Of a stretch of DNA of 64,000 nucleotides, positions 43,428 to 51,732 are shown piece by piece; within the stretch, counting starts at the first letter, position 1; every line of letters begins with the position of its first letter. The notes under the pieces were generated by a model. The model ran no database searches. It saw nothing but the letters and a program-made list of their open reading frames with translations, and had not been told where the DNA came from. This stretch comes from Pirellulales bacterium (lineage in GTDB: Bacteria; Planctomycetota; Planctomycetia; Pirellulales; PALSA-1355): the NCBI GenBank assembly GCA_963733035.1, contig CAVTBU010000007.1:687710-751709 (forward strand). Reading direction: 5' to 3'. A program made the translations under genes and the position numbers.

Positions 43428-43525
43428 CCGTCAAAGGCATGAGCATTTGACAAAGGCCAGAAGCGGTGTCGGAATATGGTGGTTTCCTCGTAGTCCAAGA
43501 GAACGGACTTAGAAAAGTCGGGACT
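43428..43525. repeat. res/hix-like site, copy B
   Basis: CCGTCAAAGGCA-TG-AGCATTTGACAA followed by about 30 bp alignable with 46187-46220, then TAGTCC...GGACTA. Confidence 0.55.
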
Positions 43526-43595
43526 AGAGGTTCAGTTCCCCGACCGCGGAATGGCGTTCGTACCGGCTGTCGCCATCGAAGGGCGGTTCGGGTGT

Positions 43596-44609
43596 CTAGT
43601 CTTCTCGGTCTTGGTTTTGAGCGAGAACACAGTCGCCCAATCGACCTTTGGTGCAAACGATAGTCACGGCCGAAACCGCAACGATCGGAACCAGCAGCGT
43701 AATCTCCGAAAGAACAAACACGCGGTCCGATTCCGACAGGAGCTGTCCTTGCAGTCCGAGTGAGTCGTTGTGTAGTCCGTGCATGGCGATTGCAATCAAA
43801 ATACTGCCGCCCACTCGGTTGAAGAAGAAAGCCATTATCACCGAAAGTCCGATCAATCGGACCGTAAAGATGCCAAATCCAAAAAAGAAGTACGCGGGAC
43901 CCTTCAGCAACAGGTCAGGCTTCGCTGGAATATGCCACAGCGACCAAAGCACACCTAGCCACATTGTGCCGATCATTGGTCCCATTGACCGTTGAAGCAA
44001 CGGCTGAGCGAAGCCTCGCCAGCCGGTTTCCTCGCCAACTGCTCCGCCGTCTAGGAACATCGCAACCAAAAACGAGGGCACGATCGCTATCGACAGGTCT
44101 CTCATACTCCAGACGTATTCCTTGTCGCTTAGCAATAGTCCGTTCAACACAGCAGTCGCGACCGACATCAAGGCAAATGCTCCGATGCAAATCCCCCACC
44201 ACCGCAATCCGTATCGCCAATCTATGTCGGCTCTCCAAGGCCGAAAGCGGGTAATCAGCTTTTTGAGACCTTTACGCTTCCAGGCCACAGCAGTGACAAC
44301 AACTGCGGCAAATGTTGGAGTCAGAGGCTGCAATACGACAAGCACGATGGACGGCAAAACACGGGGCACGGACCAGACGAGTTTGATTGCGGAGACATAA
44401 TCGGTCTTGAAGGGAAGTCCGGTGACAGTCAACGCTTCTGAGATTCGGGTATCGGCTTCGGCAACGACGAGCATCGCCATGACGAGTACTTCGCTCGCTA
44501 CCGCCAACGCGAAGAACCAGATTATCGGTCTGTTGGCAACCAGTCGGGTCAGCCATCCACTCGTCGCGGGAGAGTTTTCCATTCCTGTGCCCATTTCAAT
44601 GGCTCGCAT
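43596..44609 (-). CDS. CPBP (CAAX/Abi) family intramembrane metalloprotease
   Basis: EETGWRG, WSLWH, AMHGLHND, multi-TM. Start uncertain (44582-44708). Confidence 0.88.
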   Translation of the reverse strand: MRAIEMGTGMENSPATSGWLTRLVANRPIIWFFALAVASEVLVMAMLVVAEADTRISEALTVTGLPFKTDYVSAIKLVWSVPRVLPSIVLVVLQPLTPTFAAVVVTAVAWKRKGLKKLITRFRPWRADIDWRYGLRWWGICIGAFALMSVATAVLNGLLLSDKEYVWSMRDLSIAIVPSFLVAMFLDGGAVGEETGWRGFAQPLLQRSMGPMIGTMWLGVLWSLWHIPAKPDLLLKGPAYFFFGFGIFTVRLIGLSVIMAFFFNRVGGSILIAIAMHGLHNDSLGLQGQLLSESDRVFVLSEITLLVPIVAVSAVTIVCTKGRLGDCVLAQNQDRED

Positions 44610-44668
44610 ATTGGCCGTTGACGAGAATAGTTCGGCGACAACAAGGCGTTTTCGTTCCCCCGCCGGGC

Positions 44669-45883
44669 TCATTGACACGTATTCTCGGAACCAGGCCAGC
44701 TTGGCCATCCATACACTTCGGCAATTGCATTGAGCACCTCTCGCACAAGCTGACCACCTGTGTCTGAGTTGGTCATGACGACTGCTCCCTGTCCACGGTC
44801 TAAATATCCAACGAATTTGCAGACGAAGCCATCGTCTCCACCGTCGTGTTCAAAATACCGCGAGCTCCCCACCTCGTGTACGAATGGCCCGAGGCCGATT
44901 GGACCATCCGCCCCTTCTGCTTGCTTCGTGAGCATTTGCTTGACCATATTCTGCGAAAGCACTTTTTGCGACTTGCCCTCGTGTGTCAATTGAATCTCGA
45001 TCACGTACCGTGCTAAATCCGACGGCGTCGACCATAACCCGGCAGCGGCCATTTCGGGATAGACGTGCCAGCGACCGGAAACGGCTTTGCCAGATGGCCG
45101 ATAGCCAGTTGCGGCAGTCGATTCTAGTTCGTGCGGGAGAGGTTGTTGATAGGTGCTCGAAGTCATTTCCAAGGGCCTGAGCACCGTGTCGTGAAGCAAA
45201 TTAGGGAACGGCCGGCCGGTCACGTCGACAAGCAATTGCTGCATGACGGTCGTGCCGCCACCGGAATAGCGATAGTCTCGACCAGGCGTGCGGACAACTC
45301 GCACGGGTGCCGAATTGGCCGGCTTTGAACCATCCAGGATTTGAGGCACTGTTGGGAGCGACGTCCCCACGGCGTATCCAGAGAAGCCTTGCACGCTGAG
45401 GCCGGCGGTATGGCTCAATAGACCACGCAGCTCTACAGGATGCTGACGAGTGAATTCGTTTTCGGGCACCTTCCAGGCCTTGAGCCATCGATTGACATCT
45501 CCGTCGAGGTCGAGCACGCCTTGCTCAACAAGCCGCAGCGCGGCCAGTGCCGCGACCGGTTTGCTGACAGACCCGGCCTGAAAGAGCGTTTTGATAGTCA
45601 CGGGACGTTCATCCGCTACGTCGGCCAGACCGTAGCCCTTTGCCCACTCGATTCGATATTGTGTGATGACAGCCACACTTAAGCCGGGGACACGAATATC
45701 TCGCAGCCGTTCAGCAATAGTGTGAGGGGAGCCGTCTTGGCTCTGGGTCGCTGGAATCAGGCTACGTTCAACGGTTGCTATCCGCTGGGCGGTGCCACTC
45801 GGAAGCTCAGCTCCGAAGATAGAATCTGCAAGCCGAAAACAAATCAGTGAACAAACGAAGATGGGTCTATATAGCAATGACAT
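44669..45883 (-). CDS. Serine hydrolase, beta-lactamase class C-like
   Basis: FQAGSVSK (SxxK), LLSHTAG, YRYSGGG, HDG; probable signal peptide. Confidence 0.9.
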   Translation of the reverse strand: MSLLYRPIFVCSLICFRLADSIFGAELPSGTAQRIATVERSLIPATQSQDGSPHTIAERLRDIRVPGLSVAVITQYRIEWAKGYGLADVADERPVTIKTLFQAGSVSKPVAALAALRLVEQGVLDLDGDVNRWLKAWKVPENEFTRQHPVELRGLLSHTAGLSVQGFSGYAVGTSLPTVPQILDGSKPANSAPVRVVRTPGRDYRYSGGGTTVMQQLLVDVTGRPFPNLLHDTVLRPLEMTSSTYQQPLPHELESTAATGYRPSGKAVSGRWHVYPEMAAAGLWSTPSDLARYVIEIQLTHEGKSQKVLSQNMVKQMLTKQAEGADGPIGLGPFVHEVGSSRYFEHDGGDDGFVCKFVGYLDRGQGAVVMTNSDTGGQLVREVLNAIAEVYGWPSWPGSENTCQ

Positions 45884-46160
45884 CCGAAGTTGCTCCAGCC
45901 ATTTGAGTAGACTTTCCGCCCTAGTGACAAGCAAATCGCTGAGCACACTACGTCGAAAAGTCCCACAAACCACACGCAAGCCGCGGCCGCAGTTCGTAAG
46001 TGTTTGAACGAGTGACACGATTATCGCAGCGACGAACTGCCGGTCCAACTACACAGCCCACGTTCTGACAGCGGTGGCGTGTTCGACTTGGCAAAAATCC
46101 TTGGTTTGTCGGCACCGCCAACCGGACGATTCGCCCAAGAAACGCGACAAGCCAGCATTC

Positions 46161-46220
46161 TTATCAAAGGCATGAGTTTCCGGTAGGCCCAGGGGCGTGT
46201 CAGGAATCGGATTGGTTTAT
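46161..46220. repeat. res/hix-like site, copy C, overlapping the resolvase stop codon
   Basis: TTATCAAAGGCA-TG-AGTTTCCGGTAG shares an exact 13-mer (TCAAAGGCATGAG) and downstream similarity with copy B. Confidence 0.55.
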
Positions 46221-46826
46221 GGCGTTTGATGGGCCGTTTCTTTCGATTCCGACGTAGCGGTACAGCGTACTCTTCGAGATCTTTAAAGTTGCACAGATGT
46301 CGTCAAGGCTGATGGACTTGTCGTTGAAGAGCTTGTTGGCAAGTACGATCCGTCGGTCATCGGCCATTATCGGTGGTCGGCCGCCTTTTCGGCCTCTGGC
46401 GCGGGCGGCAGCCAGTCCAGCATTGGTCCGCTCTTGAATGAGACGGCGCTCGAATTGTGCCAGCGCCGAAAAGACAAGAAAGATCAACTCGCCTGAAGGT
46501 GTGGTCGTGTCAATCGCGCCGTCGCAGACCGAGCGGAAGCCAATCTGGCGATCGCGCAACTCATCGATCAGCTTCACGAGGTGGCGTACTGATCGGCCAA
46601 GCCGATCCAGTCGCCAGACGAGCAAGACATCACCCTCGCGAAGCTGCGCGAGGCAAGTATCGAGTCCGGGACGTTGGTGTTTTGCGCCCGAGGCCTTGTC
46701 GGTGAAGATCAGTTCCTTGGCGACGCCGTACTTCAAAAGAGCGTCGATTTGGAGCGCCAGGTCTTGATCCTGGGTACTGACGCGGGCATACCCGACAAGG
46801 CGAGCGCCGTCGGATGCGGCGATCAT
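46200..46826 (-). CDS. Small serine recombinase (resolvase/invertase, Pin/Hin-like)
   Basis: GYARVSTQDQ, VWRLDRLGRS, ERTNAGL.AARARGR.GGRP, C-terminal HTH ISKSTLYRY. Confidence 0.95.
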   Translation of the reverse strand: MIAASDGARLVGYARVSTQDQDLALQIDALLKYGVAKELIFTDKASGAKHQRPGLDTCLAQLREGDVLLVWRLDRLGRSVRHLVKLIDELRDRQIGFRSVCDGAIDTTTPSGELIFLVFSALAQFERRLIQERTNAGLAAARARGRKGGRPPIMADDRRIVLANKLFNDKSISLDDICATLKISKSTLYRYVGIERNGPSNAINQSDS

Positions 46827-47222
46827 GGGATTGCTCTGTTGTCAGCCTTGATTTGTGTCTGTTATTTCGACGCCGAAAGCCAGCCCATAGTTCCCAGACG
46901 CCGCTCCTTCAATTGATAGGGGCCTTTTGAGGATGGGTGATTAAATCGGATTCTCAAGAATCAAGGCGGTCCGCACGAGTTCTTGGGACTCAAAGTGCCG
47001 GTTACCTGATTCGGCAAGGATGGACCACCATTCGTTTTCACGCACCACTACCTGGCACGCAGGCAACCGTCCGTCTAAATGGCGGAGTTGCCGGCCTCAA
47101 GGCTCCGAGCACCCCGTGAGCGAGGGATACGGCATGGCCTCAAAGAATGCCTGCGTCTAAAGCCTTCATGAATCGGCTCTCGCCAATCGGTCCATCCCCT
47201 AAAATCGCAATGTAAAAACATT

Positions 47223-48713
47223 CTAGTGGCTGGGGTCACTTTTACGTAATTTGGCAATTCGCTCTGTCACTGACTTAATTCCACTTATTTCCTGCGGTGA
47301 TTTTGCCTTTGCGGCAAGGTCTTTAATCGCCCCTTCCGCTAAATCGATCGATTTGTTCGCAGCATCGAGCGCCCCTAATGCCTGCTGACTTTCGGCAATG
47401 TCGAGCCTCAAGCTCGCAGACGTCGGGTACAGCGTCAGCAATTCCTCATTCAATTCAATCGCCTGCTTGTGCTGGCCATCTTGCCGCAGTTCCGTTGCCA
47501 GAAATGCGGTTGCCTCTTTCCATTCCTCACTGGCGGCATCGGCTTCGGCGCGAAAGTCGCGCCAGGCAGCAATTTTCTGGGCTGGCTTGCCGCATGTTGA
47601 CACGAGTTGCGCCTTCCGCCAGAGCAATTGTTGGCGCTCGGTAGCCTGGCCCGCTGCGTCGTGTATTCGACGGTCATAGCTCTCGATCGCTTTTTCAACG
47701 GCGCCGAGGTTAGCAAGCTCGCCGGCCTCCATTTCGAGCACCTTCTCGCGATCTTGTTTCGAGATTTGCGGGTCGTTCAGCAGCTGTCGCGAATCCTCCA
47801 ATGCCTTTTCCCACTGCTGATCCCATTCCAAATAAACATGACGGGCGATCTTCAGGCGCCAGCGAACCGATTGATCCTTCACGTTCGGCAATGCCACTTC
47901 GATATAGGCGATTGCCGCAGGCCAGTTCTTATCCGCATTGAAGCGTTCTAGTTCCTTGGCGGCCAATGCCCATTCCCGCTCGTGCCATCTCTTGCGGGCA
48001 ACGACGCGATCATCATAGGCCTTCCTCAAGCCAGACGCATTATTCGCATCGAGTCGTTGGATTTCGCCGACGACGTCTCCGTAGAATACGAGCACAAAGT
48101 CATCGTCGTGTTCATCGAGCGTCCCGAGCAGCGGGCTCACAGCTTGAATTGCGGCGTGCAATTTCTGGGCGCGGGCAAGGCCCGTCAATTTTGCCGCATG
48201 GGAAAGCTCGCTATCACGAACCTCCCGAGCTGTTCGGAATGAACTCAGATTCTCAAGAAACTTCGACGCCGTGATGCCTTTTTCATAGCCCGTATACGCA
48301 TAAGGCCGGCCGCCGGAATCAACAATGACTACGGTCGGAATCCCTTGAACTTGATATTGCTTTTTCCATGCTGCATACAGGCTTTTCAGGTCCGTAGTTG
48401 GCTCGTCGTCTGCGGATGGAAAATCTAATTCAACGAGCACAAAGTTCTTTGCGGCGGCCGCGAATTCAGCATGGCTAAAAACCGCACGATCGAGAAGAGT
48501 GCAGTAGTAGCACCAACCATGACCCGTGAAATTGATCAGAATGTCTTTTTTCTGATCAACTGCAATCTTCTTCGCCACATCCAGGTTGTTGACCCATTTA
48601 ATTGTTGGCTCGTCGGCACGGGCGGGGGTGAGAGCCAAAGCGATACCAATGAGTAGCACCGCACAAAACCCGTTCGTTCGCCTGATTTCCACTTTCGAGT
48701 CTCCTGCCGACAA
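47223..48713 (-). CDS. Secreted thioredoxin-fold protein with helical/TPR-like C-terminus
   Basis: Signal peptide, FTGHGWCYYC, LVELDFP, GIPT; helical repeats. Visibly more AT-rich than the backbone. Start may be GTG 48692. Confidence 0.8.
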   Translation of the reverse strand: MSAGDSKVEIRRTNGFCAVLLIGIALALTPARADEPTIKWVNNLDVAKKIAVDQKKDILINFTGHGWCYYCTLLDRAVFSHAEFAAAAKNFVLVELDFPSADDEPTTDLKSLYAAWKKQYQVQGIPTVVIVDSGGRPYAYTGYEKGITASKFLENLSSFRTAREVRDSELSHAAKLTGLARAQKLHAAIQAVSPLLGTLDEHDDDFVLVFYGDVVGEIQRLDANNASGLRKAYDDRVVARKRWHEREWALAAKELERFNADKNWPAAIAYIEVALPNVKDQSVRWRLKIARHVYLEWDQQWEKALEDSRQLLNDPQISKQDREKVLEMEAGELANLGAVEKAIESYDRRIHDAAGQATERQQLLWRKAQLVSTCGKPAQKIAAWRDFRAEADAASEEWKEATAFLATELRQDGQHKQAIELNEELLTLYPTSASLRLDIAESQQALGALDAANKSIDLAEGAIKDLAAKAKSPQEISGIKSVTERIAKLRKSDPSH

Positions 48714-49203
48714 TCAAGAGCACGGAAGGTGCCCGAGCCGACATTTTCGATATGAGGTCAGCGTAAAACCGATCCCGACTCGGAACCCTCGTCATCTTAA
48801 CATACCACCCTGCTCCCGCGTCTAACGCGTGGTGCACTTTTCCACCTTTGCGCCCGAGGTCCGTTTGCTGGCTTTCGCTACCGGAAGCGTCATCCGCCAT
48901 GGTACTTGTCGGTGGGCTTAGATTTGGGCTTTCCCGGGCGCGGCTGTGTCGCAAAAACCGTTGGGTTTCCGGGCCATCCCCCAGCATCGGCGCTCCGCGG
49001 CGTTGTTTCCGATCGTGCCAGTCCAGGAAGCTCATCTCAGAAAACAAAGTCCCAAAAAACGTCGAACTCGGCGATTGACGGGACATCGAATCAGCCGCCA
49101 TAGCGGGCCAGACGTTTTGCAGATCAACCAACACGGATGTCGGTTGCGTTAGACCGACACGCTCGGGCTTTAGCCGGGATCCGGTCGCATGACAACGCTT
49201 GTG

Positions 49204-50361
49204 CTATGCCCGACGCCTCGAGCTCGCACGCTTTCGCGACGGCTGCATCATTGCGTCCAACTTACTGGCCGCTTCGAGCTGCATCGTTGGCACGACGTGG
49301 GAGTACGTGTCGAGCGTGATGCCGATTTGCGAGTGGCCAAGGCGTTCCTGAACGACCTTGGGGTGGACGCCGGCGGTGAGCAAGAGCGTAGCGGAGGTGT
49401 GCCGCAGGTCGTGAAAGCGGATGGCCGGCAGATCGGCCGAGGCGAGTAGCGGCTTGAAATGATTCACGTGGAAGTGGGTGCGCCGCAACGGGCCGCCCGT
49501 GGAATTGCAGAAGACCCACGTCTGTTTGGCGAAGCCTTCGCGCACCGATTGGGCCCGATGTTTCGTGAGGGCTTCGACCACGAACTGCGGCAGATCGACG
49601 CGCCGACGGCTCTTGGGCGTCTTGGGTTCGGCCAGGGAGAGCTTGCCGTTGATCTCGATCAGCGTGCTGCGGACGTTGATCGCGCGGCCCTTGAGGTCGA
49701 CGTCGGGCCACTGTAGCCCGAAGATCTCGCCCAGTCGCATCCCGGTTCCGATCGCCACGACGTACAGGGCGTGAAGGCGGTCGCCCTTGGCGGCCTCCAG
49801 GAGTTTTTGGGCCTGCTCCGCTGCGAGCGGCGCGATCTGGCGTTTGGGCACGCGCGGCGGATCAATCGCGTCACAGGGGTTGCGGGCAATCAAACCCCAG
49901 CGGAGCGCCTGTTTGAGAGCCCGGCGCAAAACGGCGTGAGTCAACTGGCGAACTCTGGGGCCAACGCCGTCCCGTTCCATATCGGCGTAGAGCCGCTGGA
50001 TGTGGACGGGGTTCAGGATGGCCAGGGTGGTGCCGCCGATCCGGGGATCGATGTGGTTCTTGATGATGCCTTTGTAGCTGTAGTAGGTCGTCTGGCGGAC
50101 CGACGGGCGGGCAGCATCCTCGACCCAGCGTTCCAGGAGGGTCGACAGTCGCATGCGGCTGGGCTCGACGAACGTGCCGTCCATCCGCGTCGCCTGGACC
50201 TTGCTCAGCTTCTTGGCGACCTCGTCCTTGGTGACGCCGAAGATCGTCTTGCGGATCCGCTTGCCGTTGGCTGCGTAGCCGGCACTATAGGTGGCACACC
50301 AGGTGCCGTCGGTCCGCTGGTAAATTGACCCTTCCCCACGTCCGCGCCGCGCGCGTGGCAT
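49204..50361 (-). CDS. Tyrosine integrase
   Basis: RGRGEGSIYQR arm domain, TGMRLGE, PKT, FHDLRHT, LGHS, TLDTYSH. Confidence 0.95.
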   Translation of the reverse strand: MPRARRGRGEGSIYQRTDGTWCATYSAGYAANGKRIRKTIFGVTKDEVAKKLSKVQATRMDGTFVEPSRMRLSTLLERWVEDAARPSVRQTTYYSYKGIIKNHIDPRIGGTTLAILNPVHIQRLYADMERDGVGPRVRQLTHAVLRRALKQALRWGLIARNPCDAIDPPRVPKRQIAPLAAEQAQKLLEAAKGDRLHALYVVAIGTGMRLGEIFGLQWPDVDLKGRAINVRSTLIEINGKLSLAEPKTPKSRRRVDLPQFVVEALTKHRAQSVREGFAKQTWVFCNSTGGPLRRTHFHVNHFKPLLASADLPAIRFHDLRHTSATLLLTAGVHPKVVQERLGHSQIGITLDTYSHVVPTMQLEAASKLDAMMQPSRKRASSRRRA

Positions 50362-50364
50362 TCC

Positions 50365-51315
50365 TCAATCCTCCCCAAGCCATTTTTTGATGGTGGGCAT
50401 ATCCGAGCCCGTTGCCTTGGCGATCTCTCGCAATGTTTTGCCCGATGCCCGCATTTCCGCGGCCTGCTTCTGACGGCGGCGAAGGGCCCGGCTGCGACAA
50501 GCATCGGAGCAGTACCGCCGGTCTGCCCGGTTTACGTCGGGCGACATCTCCATCGCCCGGCCGCAGACTTCGCAAGCTCGATAGCTCTTTTGACCCGCGA
50601 TCGAAGCGGCAAACTGGAACCAGAGGGCGCCCAGCAGGTTGTGCGGTACGGTGACGAGCTGAAAATGCCCGTTCGGCCGATCCAGCATCGTTTGCGCGCC
50701 CAGCACGGACAGCCGCGTATTGATCGCCTGCACCAAGTACGATTGGGCGGCTCGTAGCGGAGTCCCCTGGTGCCCGACGCCGTAGTCTCCCGTCTCAAGG
50801 GATACCTCGTCGCCAGTATGCTTGCCGATCCGCTGCCGTTTCCACAGCCATGGCGAGTACTGCAGAACCGTGTCGCCAAACGGGTAATGAACGAGCCCCT
50901 CTTTGTCGGCCTTGAAGTGCTCTTCGATGATCCCACTTCGCTTGCCGGCACGCACGGCGTCCCAAACCTCGATCAGGAAGCGCATCGTGCGAACCTCGAA
51001 CTCCCACTCCTCGAACCGCTCCCGGTCCTCTTTCCAGAGGAGGCCATAGCAGTGCACAAACTCGAGAACCTGCTCCGGGGTCGGTTCCATCGCCGCGAAG
51101 TTGCGGAATAGGGCCGGATCCTCCTGCGTGGGCACGACATGCCGGCGGTCCATCAGTTCGGGACGCTTGGCAATCAAGACCAGGCGGGGCGTATCTTCGC
51201 CCTGGGGATTCCAGGGCGGCCGGATGCGGCGCGCGTAGCGCTTCTGATCGGTGGCAATCAGCCAGGTGTATCCCTGGCCGTCAACGAAAGCGTCGTAGCT
51301 GGTCAAGTCGGTCAT
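50365..51315 (-). CDS. Hypothetical regulator with CGNR-like zinc finger and C-terminal HTH
   Basis: CEVCG...RRYCSDACR then GKTLREIAKATG..MPTIKKWL. Stop lies 3 bp from the integrase start. Confidence 0.7.
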   Translation of the reverse strand: MTDLTSYDAFVDGQGYTWLIATDQKRYARRIRPPWNPQGEDTPRLVLIAKRPELMDRRHVVPTQEDPALFRNFAAMEPTPEQVLEFVHCYGLLWKEDRERFEEWEFEVRTMRFLIEVWDAVRAGKRSGIIEEHFKADKEGLVHYPFGDTVLQYSPWLWKRQRIGKHTGDEVSLETGDYGVGHQGTPLRAAQSYLVQAINTRLSVLGAQTMLDRPNGHFQLVTVPHNLLGALWFQFAASIAGQKSYRACEVCGRAMEMSPDVNRADRRYCSDACRSRALRRRQKQAAEMRASGKTLREIAKATGSDMPTIKKWLGED

Positions 51316-51453
51316 GTGGGTACTCCAGGTACGTCACGGATATATTACGGATAACCGTGTTGAACGTCAAGGAGACGCCAATACAATTATTTTCGTGGTA
51401 GCCGTGATGGCGCCACGGCACACAGGACGCCCCAGTACCCCGAGAAGGAAGCC

Positions 51454-51654
51454 ATGAGCACCGCCAAGTTGTCCGCCGAAAGCCAGTTGATCCGCGTCAC
51501 TGAAGTCGCCCGTCATCTGAGCCTCAGCCGCAGCAAGATCTACCAGATGATGGATCGTGGAGAATTGCCCTACGTGAAACTCGGCAAGAGCCGCCGGGTC
51601 CGCTGGCCCGACGTCGAGCGGCTCGTTGAGCAGAACACGATCTCCCGGTCGTAG
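51454..51654 (+). CDS. Excisionase/AlpA-like HTH protein
   Basis: LIRVTEVARHLSLSRSKIYQMM..GELP.VKLG.SRRV; AAGGA RBS. Confidence 0.88.
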   Translation: MSTAKLSAESQLIRVTEVARHLSLSRSKIYQMMDRGELPYVKLGKSRRVRWPDVERLVEQNTISRS

Positions 51655-51732
51655 CCGCAGCCGACCATCCTGCGCGTGCTCCGCCATGCCGGCACGCGAT
51701 CCCTTTTCGGCTGTAGCTTGGGAGTCCCTTGC

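Noticed and set aside
48820..49154. attC-like GTCTAACGC...GCGTTAGAC inverted pair
   Set aside because: About 335 bp apart, far longer than attC sites. No internal L boxes recognised, and the integrase does not look like IntI.
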